Shown piece by piece: positions 44,481-54,070 of a DNA stretch of 64,000 nt. A program made the position numbers and the translations under genes. Source of the DNA: a virus; the IMG/VR virus record IMGVR_UViG_3300009509_000014, positions 1 to 64,000 of that record. The stretch is one strand, 5' to 3'. The notes under the pieces are model-generated. The model did no database searches, was not told where the DNA came from, and saw nothing but the letters and a program-made list of their open reading frames with translations. Within the stretch, counting starts at the first letter, position 1. Every line of letters begins with the position of its first letter.

Positions 44481-44800
44481 CAGAATTAACCATTCATGGT
44501 ATTACATTTATACGCAGTGGTTCTTGTAATCGGTGTGGTGCTTGCGGTTGTGAGAAGATGGACTGTCCACATTTTTCATATGCTGGCAGATACGCCACAT
44601 GTGATGTTTATGACACGCGGAACGATATGTGTGAACAGTGCGGAATTAGTCACGACAATTGTGTTGGCTTTCCAGACAATCCCTGGGTACGTGTTGTACG
44701 TGAAGGCATTTGTGGGTATACATTTAACAGAAAAGACGGTGGTAGTATGGATGACCTACCATTCCTGAATGGCGAATCATGGTTTAGGGGCAGAGGATAA
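44477..44800 (+). CDS. Cys-cluster protein (YkgJ/CxxCxxC-like, Zn or Fe-S binding)
   Basis: CNRCGACGC, CPH, CDVYDTR, CVGFP, CGY. Confidence 0.7.
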   Translation: MTELTIHGITFIRSGSCNRCGACGCEKMDCPHFSYAGRYATCDVYDTRNDMCEQCGISHDNCVGFPDNPWVRVVREGICGYTFNRKDGGSMDDLPFLNGESWFRGRG

Positions 44801-46995
44801 TGGCGATAACCCTTGGGAATACAACTTCATCTGGCACTCAAATAAATGCCAATACGTCATTTTCATTCTCGCACACAACACACGCAGACACAGACCTCCT
44901 TAACATTACGATTGTAGCACAGGACACCGTTACGTCAGATCGTAACGTAACAGGGGTTACGTTTAACGGCGTAGCTGCAACAGAGGTTGTTGCCATTGAA
45001 ACAGGCTCAACGAATATGACCGTTGAGATATGGCGTCTAACAGAAACATCTTACGGCACTAATCTTGGTGGAGTAACCGCAAACGTTCAGGTTACATTTG
45101 CTGGGAAGACAAGTACTTCTGTTGCCTGGAGTACAGATCTTATAGGTGTAAATCAAACAACGCCTGTACAAAATTCTAATACGGCATACGGAACAAGCAG
45201 TACACCGTCTGTAACAGTTTCCGGTGCTGTTGCTGGCAGTATGACAATAGGCGGCCTTGGCACAGCACAGGGTGATTCAACGCTTGTTAGTGTTACGACA
45301 GGAACACAACTTGCAGAAGAAGACGCTGGTCCAGTTGTGTTTGCCGCAGCATATAATTCTGGCAATGGTACATTAGCGTGGTATATAACAAGTAGTTTTC
45401 AGTGGCACATTGCCGCCGCAAATTATAATGAGGCTGCTACTGGCGGGAGTGGTAGTGTTACCGCAGACGCAATTATCGAAAAGTCTATATCGCAAAGTGT
45501 TAGCTCTGACTCCGTTATAGAGAAAAGCGTACAGCAGTCTGTTTCATCTGACGCAATAGTCATGGTATCGGAGTCTGGATTGGTGAGCGCAGACTCTACT
45601 ATTAAGTCACAGCAGCAGCAGTCAGTATCGGCTGACTCTGCCATTTTGAGATCTTTTTCACAGTCTGTAACCGTTGATGCAGTTGTAGAGTCTAGAGTAG
45701 AGGCGAGTTTCACAGCCGACGCATATATTTACGCAGAGGCAGTTACGTGGTATTACTGGAGCGAGATTTGGAGTAACCCTGTATCGACAGCGTACTCGGT
45801 CACAGCAGACGCAGTAATTCTAAGACAGGTATCTGACAGTATAATTGCTGACGCAATTGTTAAAAAGACCATATCTGGTTCTGTTACTGCAGATTCTACT
45901 ATAAAGAAGGCGGTAGAGCAATCTATCGCTGGCGATGCGGTTGTCAAGAAGTCAAATTCGCAGTCGGCTACTGTAGATGCGACTATCCGCGTTTTAACAG
46001 AGCAGTCAGTAGTCGCAGACGCGACGATTGAAAGCTCTGTTACCCAAAGCGTAAATGCAGACGCAATTGTTTTACGTGCAATATCGCAGAGCATGATCGC
46101 AGACTCTATTGTAAAGAGTAGTGCTGAACAGTCAGTAAGTGCCGACGCATATATTCTTTCACAGGCAACAGAAGACTCTATAACGGCTGACGCCATAATC
46201 AAAACTTCTGTATCGCAAAGTATAAGCGCAAACGCATACATTTTTGGTACAACGGTTCAGGATATAACCGCTGATGCTGTAATCAAGAAGGGTGCTAGCC
46301 AGTCTGTAACCGCAGATGCCGTTGTAGAAAGTGCGGTGTCGCAATCTATAAGTGCTGATGCCGTAATTCAAGCAACGGTCGAACAATCTATAAGTGCCGA
46401 TGCTGTAATTGAGAAATCTATATCTCAAAGCATTTCCGCTGATGCGACCATACTTGTATATAACGAGCAGAGCGTAGTCGCAGATGCTGTTGTAGAACGG
46501 TCTGTAGATTCGTCAGTGACCGCAGATGCCATTGTAGAAAGTACAGTATCTCAAAGCATAACTTCTAACGCCGTTGTTGAAACGACAGTTGAAAGCTCTA
46601 TAGCGGTAGACGCCGTTATTGAACGTTCGTGGCAACAGTCTGTAACGCTAGACGCGACAATTGTATGTGTTGGTACTCCAGTATGGGTTTCGCCGCCAGA
46701 TACTTCTGCGAGTGGCACGTTGCCAGTGTTTGTATTTGAGATTCCAGAGTCGGTAGGCGGTATGCACTTTAAGCTAGAACTTGACAAAGTGAATACCTTT
46801 GACGGTCCAGATTATAGGTTGATCGAAACTTGGATAAGTACAACTGGTTGGGAATACCATGACGGTGTTGGGTGGCAACCATTCCCGTCAAGCGGTGTCT
46901 CAAATGTATACTCAGGGAATGAGTGTAGGTATACGGTGCAGGTAGAATTGACAAGTGGCGTCTGGTATAGGAAGATCACAGGAGGTGTTGCATAA
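44800..46995 (+). CDS. 14-aa-repeat fibre-like protein 2 (28 repeats)
   Basis: Same repeat; C-terminal PVWVSP...MHF..LD..NTFD...WEY..G..W domain. Confidence 0.75.
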   Translation: MAITLGNTTSSGTQINANTSFSFSHTTHADTDLLNITIVAQDTVTSDRNVTGVTFNGVAATEVVAIETGSTNMTVEIWRLTETSYGTNLGGVTANVQVTFAGKTSTSVAWSTDLIGVNQTTPVQNSNTAYGTSSTPSVTVSGAVAGSMTIGGLGTAQGDSTLVSVTTGTQLAEEDAGPVVFAAAYNSGNGTLAWYITSSFQWHIAAANYNEAATGGSGSVTADAIIEKSISQSVSSDSVIEKSVQQSVSSDAIVMVSESGLVSADSTIKSQQQQSVSADSAILRSFSQSVTVDAVVESRVEASFTADAYIYAEAVTWYYWSEIWSNPVSTAYSVTADAVILRQVSDSIIADAIVKKTISGSVTADSTIKKAVEQSIAGDAVVKKSNSQSATVDATIRVLTEQSVVADATIESSVTQSVNADAIVLRAISQSMIADSIVKSSAEQSVSADAYILSQATEDSITADAIIKTSVSQSISANAYIFGTTVQDITADAVIKKGASQSVTADAVVESAVSQSISADAVIQATVEQSISADAVIEKSISQSISADATILVYNEQSVVADAVVERSVDSSVTADAIVESTVSQSITSNAVVETTVESSIAVDAVIERSWQQSVTLDATIVCVGTPVWVSPPDTSASGTLPVFVFEIPESVGGMHFKLELDKVNTFDGPDYRLIETWISTTGWEYHDGVGWQPFPSSGVSNVYSGNECRYTVQVELTSGVWYRKITGGVA

Positions 46996-49259
46996 TGCCT
47001 AGTTACGCAAGACCTTCAAGTGATATTGCAGTAAGTACGTGGTATAAGTCAACTGGTCCTTCGCAAACTGACATTTATTTAGACATAGCCGAAGTGACAC
47101 GCGATGACAACGACTATATTTACTCTACTCCAGATGGCACTGTAGATTCAGCGCCGTGTGAAATAGGGTTGTCGTCACTGACCGATCCTCTCAGTTCTAG
47201 TGGTCATATCGTTCGCTATACATACAGACGTACAAAGACGAACAAAGACCTTACACTGGTTGTAAGGTTAAGGCAAGGATCGTCTACAACAATTGCTTCG
47301 TGGACACACACGAATCCGTCTGACGTTCTTGCACTTGCAGAACAAACGCTTACAAGTGGTCAAGCAGACAGTATAAGTGATTATACAGACCTTCGCTTGC
47401 AGTTTGAAGTAACCGTAAACGCTGGCGGAGGTGGTCACGCAGAGGTTACTTGGGCCGAGTTTGAAGTGCCTGGTGCTACGAGTGTTTCTGATTCTGTCAC
47501 GGCAGACTCTACAATAAAAAGGTCTGTAAGTCAAAGCGTAAACGCAGACGCAATTGTGCTATGGGCTGGAATGGCTGGAGACTTAACCGCCGACGCCATT
47601 GTAAAGAAGGGCGTTTCCAGTTCGGTTACAGCAGATTCCACGATACTGAGTACAAATTCTGACAGTGTTGTTGCAGATGCCGTTGTAGAAGTTTCTGTAG
47701 ATCAATCTGTGAGTGCTGATGCATACATTCAAACTGGTGGGCCTGTTCAGGACAGCATAACAGCAGATGCAACTGTACTGGTTGGACGTAGCGACTCCGT
47801 ACTTGCTGATGCCATTGTTGAAAGATCGGTTAGCCAATCTGTCATCGTAGATTCTACAATTGAGAAAACCGTAGAGCAAAGTATTTCGGTAAACGCTATT
47901 ATTTATGGTGTTGGTGCAGGTTCTATTGTTGCCGATGCCGTTGTTAAATCAAGCGTGTCTAATTCTGTACTTGTAGATGCTGTGATTGAACAATCTGTTA
48001 GCCAGTCTATCACAGTAAATTCTGTTATAGAGAAGTTAATAGAACAAAGTGTAACCGCAGGTGCCATGATCTCTGCTGGTGGCACTGGACTTATCACGGC
48101 AGACGCAACAGTTAAGGCTTCTAATGTTGGTTCTGTAACAGTGGACGCCCGTATTGCAGGGAGTGTATCAAGCTCGCTAACCGCAGATGCGGTCATTGAT
48201 CCTCCATGTTTTGGATACCCAAGTAGTATATGGAGTATCAATGTAACAGAGGCGCTGTATATTACAGCAGATGCCGCAATTAAAAAGAGCATCGCTTCAA
48301 GCATAGCCGCCGACGCCATAATTGAAAAGTCGATAAGTCAGGATATATCAGCAGACGCAATTGTAAAACACTCTATTTTAGAAAGTGTTACAGTTAATGC
48401 CGTTGTTGAAAAGGCTGTGTCTGGTAGTATAACTGCAGATGCTTATATAAGCAAGGTTGTTAGCGGATCAATAACCGCAGACTCCGTAATAGAAAAGGCA
48501 ATAGATCAATCTGTAACGGCTGATGCATTTATTTCTGTAACTGGCGCGGATATTATCCTTGCTGATGCTATTATCAAGAAGGCGCAGTCTCAGTCTATAA
48601 CCGCTGATGCGTGGATTGTAGAAACAATCAGTGATTCTGTTACACTTGACGCTGTAATAGAAAGATCTGTTTCTCAGGGTGTGTTGCTTGACGCTATTAT
48701 CAAGACTAGAGTTGAGAGCAGTATAGCTGTAGATGCTATTATATACTCAAGCCAATCTGATTCCGTTGTCGTTGACGCCATAATAGAATCGTCGTCAACT
48801 GGTGCAATAAGTGTAGACGCAGTTATTATCACAACAATAACGGATTCGTTTGTTGTAGACTCCATTATAAAGTCAACGGCGCTGAATTCCATCACAACTG
48901 ATGCTATAGTGAAGGGCGCTGTTAGCAATTCTATATTTGCAGATGCTGTTGTTGAGAAGAACCTGCCTCAGTCCGTGACAGCAGATGCACGGATTGTTAT
49001 TGCAGGTGCAGACAATTTCTCTGCCGATGCGTGGATTGTTATTGCAAGGGTTGGGAGTCTAACGATAGATGCTATAATAAGACTGGCTCCTTGCCCCGAT
49101 GTAACCGTGAATGTTATAGCCGATGCTATATTGTATAATACAGAAGATGATGAAGTATCTGTCAATCAGTCTTTTTACAATATCACTTGCAATATTTTGA
49201 GAAGTAGTGTAGAATGTGACTGTATAGTTGACAGTATTACATTTAATGAGAGATGCTGA
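46995..49259 (+). CDS. 14-aa-repeat fibre-like protein 3 (38 repeats)
   Basis: Same repeat; distinct N-terminal beta domain. Confidence 0.75.
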   Translation: MPSYARPSSDIAVSTWYKSTGPSQTDIYLDIAEVTRDDNDYIYSTPDGTVDSAPCEIGLSSLTDPLSSSGHIVRYTYRRTKTNKDLTLVVRLRQGSSTTIASWTHTNPSDVLALAEQTLTSGQADSISDYTDLRLQFEVTVNAGGGGHAEVTWAEFEVPGATSVSDSVTADSTIKRSVSQSVNADAIVLWAGMAGDLTADAIVKKGVSSSVTADSTILSTNSDSVVADAVVEVSVDQSVSADAYIQTGGPVQDSITADATVLVGRSDSVLADAIVERSVSQSVIVDSTIEKTVEQSISVNAIIYGVGAGSIVADAVVKSSVSNSVLVDAVIEQSVSQSITVNSVIEKLIEQSVTAGAMISAGGTGLITADATVKASNVGSVTVDARIAGSVSSSLTADAVIDPPCFGYPSSIWSINVTEALYITADAAIKKSIASSIAADAIIEKSISQDISADAIVKHSILESVTVNAVVEKAVSGSITADAYISKVVSGSITADSVIEKAIDQSVTADAFISVTGADIILADAIIKKAQSQSITADAWIVETISDSVTLDAVIERSVSQGVLLDAIIKTRVESSIAVDAIIYSSQSDSVVVDAIIESSSTGAISVDAVIITTITDSFVVDSIIKSTALNSITTDAIVKGAVSNSIFADAVVEKNLPQSVTADARIVIAGADNFSADAWIVIARVGSLTIDAIIRLAPCPDVTVNVIADAILYNTEDDEVSVNQSFYNITCNILRSSVECDCIVDSITFNERC

Positions 49260-49606
49260 TGGGGAAAACAATTGTTGGGATTATAGACGATTTCTTTGCT
49301 GGTGAAACTGTAGAGATAACTGTGCTGTGCAAAAAAGAAGGTGTTGCACAAGACATTACCTCCGACACTGTTACTTTGACGATTAAAGAGAACAAGTCTG
49401 ACGCAGATGCTGCGGCAGTTTTGCAAGACGATGCAGACGTTGTAACGTATGGAGTTACTGGAACAGCGTACTGGAATCTTACGCCAGCGCAGACGGACAT
49501 AGATTCTGGAACATATTACGTTGATATAGTCTGGTACGATGGCGCAAAAGAACACGTTGTTTATGATGGAACAATAACAATCATGGAAAGAGTAAGTGAC
49601 GTATAG
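49253..49606 (+). CDS. BppU-like Ig-fold structural protein
   Basis: GET..I, QDIT...VTLTIK, LTPAQT....G.YYVDI pattern. Confidence 0.6.
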   Translation: MLMGKTIVGIIDDFFAGETVEITVLCKKEGVAQDITSDTVTLTIKENKSDADAAAVLQDDADVVTYGVTGTAYWNLTPAQTDIDSGTYYVDIVWYDGAKEHVVYDGTITIMERVSDV

Positions 49607-49615
49607 GAGGATATA

Positions 49616-49927
49616 ATGTCAGAGCTTACGACAGCACAGGGATTCCTTGTGTGGCTTACATCAACCGCAGGTCTTGGGGTTGGTGTCACATTCATTGTTG
49701 GTCTAATTAAGAAAGTGTGGCCAGCACTTGAAGGATGGGTTGCGATGGCGGTTACTATTGGAGTCGCCATCCTTTTAGGAGCCGGTGGCACACTGGTTCT
49801 TGAACTTGGCCTATTCAAATACATTGAGCCTTATTGGGGAGTCATTATAGCAATTGCTACTGTCGTTGGAGGATTTGGTACATCGCAGATATTGTACCAC
49901 AAGGCTCCAGTTAGTAGCAATCGGTAA
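49616..49927 (+). CDS. putative holin (3 TM)
   Basis: Small protein with three TM segments; AGGAGG SD. Confidence 0.65.
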   Translation: MSELTTAQGFLVWLTSTAGLGVGVTFIVGLIKKVWPALEGWVAMAVTIGVAILLGAGGTLVLELGLFKYIEPYWGVIIAIATVVGGFGTSQILYHKAPVSSNR

Positions 49928-49950
49928 TTATTAGGGTGGGAGGCACCATA

Positions 49951-50646
49951 ATGAATATCGAATTTATAGAACGTGTGTATCCGGATAGAGATATGCGCGA
50001 TGCCCTTCTCCACGCCAGGGAAGCTTTTGTTCTCATGGTAGATGGAGGCGCTGGTGACAGTGAGGAGTTAGTTAGCGAGATTAGTTATATATATCCCAAA
50101 CTGCGATTTGCGTGGCTTAGTATGCAAAGGTATGAATTTGCGGCAAGATATTTGCGGGATGATGATTTCGTTTTAGACGCTCCGTGCGGAACTGGATTTG
50201 GGTCTGCAATTTTAGCAAGGAATGGGAATAAGGTATTGGGGATTGACATTGATGGCGATTCTATTGCTTATGCGTCCGATATGTATAGATACCCGAATGT
50301 ACAATTTGAAGTTGCCGATATGATGGTTGACAACCTTCCAGGTGTTGACTTTATTACCTGCCTTGACGGGTTGGAACACGTTACACCAGGGCATGTCTTA
50401 ATAGAAAGATTTGTTAGTTCGTTAAGCGACAGGGGGATTCTTGTTGTTAGCGTTCCGATAAACGAATTAAAAATAACTGGCGGGGAACGCAATCCGTACC
50501 ATAAAGAGGATTACGATCCAGAAAGTCTTTACGATTTACTGTCTCCATACTTCAAATGTGTTTCGATGTATGGGCATGACCTTAGTGGGTCGATCTCTGG
50601 AATTGGGAATGCGTTTGATGGAATTACCGCTGTGTGTGAGGTCTAA
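49951..50646 (+). CDS. class I SAM-dependent methyltransferase
   Basis: RYEFA, VLDAPCGTGFG, GIDID, LEHV, VSVP, NPYH. Confidence 0.9.
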   Translation: MNIEFIERVYPDRDMRDALLHAREAFVLMVDGGAGDSEELVSEISYIYPKLRFAWLSMQRYEFAARYLRDDDFVLDAPCGTGFGSAILARNGNKVLGIDIDGDSIAYASDMYRYPNVQFEVADMMVDNLPGVDFITCLDGLEHVTPGHVLIERFVSSLSDRGILVVSVPINELKITGGERNPYHKEDYDPESLYDLLSPYFKCVSMYGHDLSGSISGIGNAFDGITAVCEV

Positions 50647-51249
50647 ATGTGGAAGTATTGTACAAAAAGTGAGGTTGCTGGATTTTCTGGTTTAGCGGAA
50701 TCGACATTCGCCGACGCATGGAGCCAGATGGTAGAAGAGTATATAGATGAATACACTGGTGAAAGTTACTCTGGAGCTGCGACATATACAGAATCGGTTG
50801 ATGGCGATGGAATAAATGACACTATTATTTTGTCACACACTCCAATAATTTCCGTAACGTCAGTTTCAATTGACGGAGTTGCTCTTCAGTCAACTGATTA
50901 TAAGGTTTATAACAGCGGTTATATAAAGCTAGTAAGTTCTGTTGGGAGCGCAATTGACAGGGCAACGGGTACTGCCGGAGCGGCATTTCCAGAGGGACAG
51001 CAAAATGTGGTTATTGTATACTCTGGTGGAGTTGTATCAGTGCCAGCGTATGTAAAACTGGCTGCCATGTTATGCCTTGCGGAAATTAGTGTGTATAGTG
51101 AAAAGGCTGGAGCGAATGCTTCTCTTGCGGTTTCAAGGGCCTCACAAAGAGCAGGCGATGGAGCTAATTATGCCACATCAGCAGCGCTTGCAACTAAACT
51201 TAGGTCGATTATCCGGAATACAATAGGACAAAAGTGGAGATTTAAGTAG
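50647..51249 (+). CDS. head-tail connector/adaptor
   Basis: YCT..EV, ID.YTG, PIISVTSV, NV.I.Y.G, VP..VKLA. Confidence 0.75.
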   Translation: MWKYCTKSEVAGFSGLAESTFADAWSQMVEEYIDEYTGESYSGAATYTESVDGDGINDTIILSHTPIISVTSVSIDGVALQSTDYKVYNSGYIKLVSSVGSAIDRATGTAGAAFPEGQQNVVIVYSGGVVSVPAYVKLAAMLCLAEISVYSEKAGANASLAVSRASQRAGDGANYATSAALATKLRSIIRNTIGQKWRFK

Positions 51250-51803
51250 TGTATACAATTCGCGTTACTGGTGCAGACTGGTGGGAAAGGCGTGTGTACT
51301 ATCTATCGTCTGGTGGAATCGAAAGAGAAGGGACTTCGCCAGCCCTTAAGAAACTTGATAAAAAGTTCAGGGAAACTCTGACGGAGTTGTTTAAGCCTGG
51401 GGCTGGTGGACCTCAAGTTACATATAGACACGGTGATAAAGGAGCATATCTTCGCGGACTCCATAGTGTTGTGACTCCAGACACCTTGCAAATTATAGAA
51501 AGTAATCCAACCGGAGGCAAACAGATTCGCGAAGGCGGAAAGGTTGGTTCTTGGCACGATCTTGTTTTTTGGGCAGAGCGTAAACTGGGACTTAGTATAG
51601 AAATGTACCAGGCTCAGGAATTTGCAGATGCTATGGTAAAACGTGGGTATGTTGGCGGGAAAAACTCTCCAATACAGAGTGAGTATCCAGAAGGTGGATC
51701 GACGTTTAAGTTTCCAGAATGGATAGTAAAGTATAAGAATGCAAGGGATATAGATGACTGCTCTAGGACAATGGAAACGATGATTGTGAGGTATTTAAGT
51801 TAA
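51249..51803 (+). CDS. neck/tail completion protein
   Basis: Synteny between adaptor and tail terminator. Confidence 0.55.
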   Translation: MYTIRVTGADWWERRVYYLSSGGIEREGTSPALKKLDKKFRETLTELFKPGAGGPQVTYRHGDKGAYLRGLHSVVTPDTLQIIESNPTGGKQIREGGKVGSWHDLVFWAERKLGLSIEMYQAQEFADAMVKRGYVGGKNSPIQSEYPEGGSTFKFPEWIVKYKNARDIDDCSRTMETMIVRYLS

Positions 51804-52279
51804 TGGGTGTATATGATTTTGCAGGTAACATTCGCACGGTTTTGCTTGCAGATTTAGATCAACTCCAGTATGATGACGCTGGTGCGAATCTTGGGGTCGG
51901 CTACTCCGGTTGGGACTCCGCGCTATCGTATGCGAGAGCGAATGATTTAGATTACTTTGGGACAGTTATGCCTGCTATGGGCGACGACAGAGCGCCGAAG
52001 GCATTTCAGTATAGTATGTGGCAGTGGTCATTCTATATTAGGCTTCACGTGAAGTTTGAAGTTGATGCAAACCCATCTTCTGATGAGTTGGTTGCTAACC
52101 TTGCAGACGATTTATTTAGTGCGCTTATAAATCCAGATAATATTAGAACAATTACACCGACAGGGGCAGTAAAAGTAACTGCATTTAACTATATGGGCGA
52201 TCCGGAAAACATAAACGACGTTACATATTTGACGCTGGAATGCCTTGTTGCAGTTACGGCGCAAATAGATAGGACATAG
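51803..52279 (+). CDS. putative tail terminator
   Basis: Size, acidic alpha/beta pattern, synteny. Confidence 0.55.
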   Translation: MGVYDFAGNIRTVLLADLDQLQYDDAGANLGVGYSGWDSALSYARANDLDYFGTVMPAMGDDRAPKAFQYSMWQWSFYIRLHVKFEVDANPSSDELVANLADDLFSALINPDNIRTITPTGAVKVTAFNYMGDPENINDVTYLTLECLVAVTAQIDRT

Positions 52280-52280
52280 G

Positions 52281-52556
52281 ATGGAAGAGAAAATAGACGA
52301 TGGTTTCTTGACTTGTATGCAAGCATGTGATACAATCTCCTTGATGCTTGGAATGGACATTAACAGCTTGATCGCGAATGGCCTTGAATTTACTAAGGCA
52401 ATTGCGATAGTATTAAACACAGATATTAAGAAACTGCCAGTTGGTATGGTGAAACCTATTGCAAATGTTCAGAGTGCAATACTTGAGTTTCTGGAAGGAA
52501 ATAGAGAGAATGAAGATTTTAACAGTGGCCCCTGGGCCAAAATTCTCAACGTATGA
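52281..52556 (+). CDS. hypothetical protein
   Basis: AGGA SD. Confidence 0.55.
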   Translation: MEEKIDDGFLTCMQACDTISLMLGMDINSLIANGLEFTKAIAIVLNTDIKKLPVGMVKPIANVQSAILEFLEGNRENEDFNSGPWAKILNV

Positions 52557-53586
52557 TACATTTATGTATTATACCAGGGCATTTGCTAGTTTAGGGCATG
52601 AAGTTTCAGCATTTAACTATCACGACCATTATGCGTATCATGCAACTGCGCTGGCTTACGTTGAAGACGAAGACCCCGAAGATCAGGGGTTGCAGGCTAG
52701 GGCAATTATGCTGGCTGCCGAAGACTTAATATCTAGGATAGCCAGGAAGGGACCTGAGTTTATCTTTGTGGTTTCTGGACTTGCATTACCACCTGGGGTG
52801 TGGGACTGGCTTGATACATTTAACGGAATGTTAAAGAATCGGTTTAAGACAATGGTTCTGTTTACGGAGTCTCCGTATATAGATGAGAGCCAATACCCAA
52901 TCCTTGAAAGGGTTGATATTGCGGCTACAACTGATAAGGCAAGCCTTGACAGCTTCTTATCGGTAAACAAAAACTCTATATATGTTAGACACGCATACGA
53001 ACCGACGGTACACAAGCCGATGCCAATGTCTGAAAGGCATATGGCTGACGTGTTCATGGTTGGGACTGGATTCCCTGAGAGGATCAATCTCCTAACAAGC
53101 GTTAATTGGGACGGTATTGACTTGAGATTGTTCGGTGGGAATTGGGGCGACCTAGGCGAAGAACTGGACAAGTATTATGTACCAGAATTTTTGTCCAACG
53201 AAGAGGAAGTCCCGTATTACTACACGAACTCAAAGATAAACCTTAACATTTACAGAACGGCCAAGTGGCCTGGAAAAAATGTGACACACATTGATCCAGA
53301 ACTTGCTTATAGCGTGTCGCCGCGCTGCTATGAGATTTTAGGATGCGGCGGGTTCCTTCTAACCGACTCACGGCCAGAGTTGTTAGAACTCTTTAGGGAT
53401 GGAAGGGACTTGGTAGTTTTTGACGGGGCAGATGACCTATCAGAGAAGATAAGGTATTATCTGAACCGTCCGCGCCAGAGGGAGAGAATCTCTGCGTCTG
53501 GCATGAGAGCCGTTGCGGAGCATACATATATGAATCGTGCGGCAGAAATTTCAAAATACTTAGATAATAACTGGAGGGTGTTATAA
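52510..53586 (+). CDS. CgeB-like GT-B glycosyltransferase
   Basis: LGHEV, TESPY, SKINLN, R.YEILGCGGFLLTD, LF..G, HTY..RA. Confidence 0.88.
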   Translation: MKILTVAPGPKFSTYDTFMYYTRAFASLGHEVSAFNYHDHYAYHATALAYVEDEDPEDQGLQARAIMLAAEDLISRIARKGPEFIFVVSGLALPPGVWDWLDTFNGMLKNRFKTMVLFTESPYIDESQYPILERVDIAATTDKASLDSFLSVNKNSIYVRHAYEPTVHKPMPMSERHMADVFMVGTGFPERINLLTSVNWDGIDLRLFGGNWGDLGEELDKYYVPEFLSNEEEVPYYYTNSKINLNIYRTAKWPGKNVTHIDPELAYSVSPRCYEILGCGGFLLTDSRPELLELFRDGRDLVVFDGADDLSEKIRYYLNRPRQRERISASGMRAVAEHTYMNRAAEISKYLDNNWRVL

Positions 53587-53987
53587 TGGCAAAGGTAGTA
53601 TGTATAGACGCCCTGGTATACTTCAATGGGGATGTTTTGGCAGAGCGTTCGGACGCAACTATTAGTTGGGATACCGATATCGCCGAAGCTCGTCCATTTA
53701 AGGCTTCTGCAGCGGAAGCGTTCGCCGACAAGTCACCGACTTGGAAGAGCTGGACTGCATCCCTGGAAGGCTTTTATGATGACAGCGACGACGCGCTTGT
53801 AACTGCTGCTATTGCCAACACTCGCGGAATGTTGATTGTATATCCGACACGCGCCAATATGACGAATTATTGGTACGGATATGCCTACATCGCGAACGTT
53901 GAGCATGGCATCAATTCGGAAGACTTCTCAAGCCTCAGTGGTGAGGCCGAAGGTGACGGGACTCTTAAGTGGGTAAATAACGCATAG
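53586..53987 (+). CDS. tail tube (major tail) protein
   Basis: KSWTASLEGFY, W.G.AYI, EGDG.L; followed by a hairpin and chaperone genes. Confidence 0.8.
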   Translation: MAKVVCIDALVYFNGDVLAERSDATISWDTDIAEARPFKASAAEAFADKSPTWKSWTASLEGFYDDSDDALVTAAIANTRGMLIVYPTRANMTNYWYGYAYIANVEHGINSEDFSSLSGEAEGDGTLKWVNNA

Positions 53988-54000
53988 ACGTAAAACCCTG

Positions 54001-54024
54001 GCGGGGAGGTTTGCGCCTCCCCGC
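54001..54024 (+). terminator. GC-rich hairpin (terminator or stabiliser) after the tail tube gene
   Basis: GCGGGGAGG-TTTGCG-CCTCCCCGC; no T tail. Confidence 0.5.
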
Positions 54025-54070
54025 CTAGTACAAAATTATACGAACAAATATAGGAAGGATACATAATAGC

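Noticed and set aside
43380-49140. CRISPR array or diversity-generating retroelement in the 42-bp periodic region
   Set aside because: The repeats are degenerate at the DNA level and conserved at the protein level; no reverse transcriptase, cas gene or identical repeats are present.
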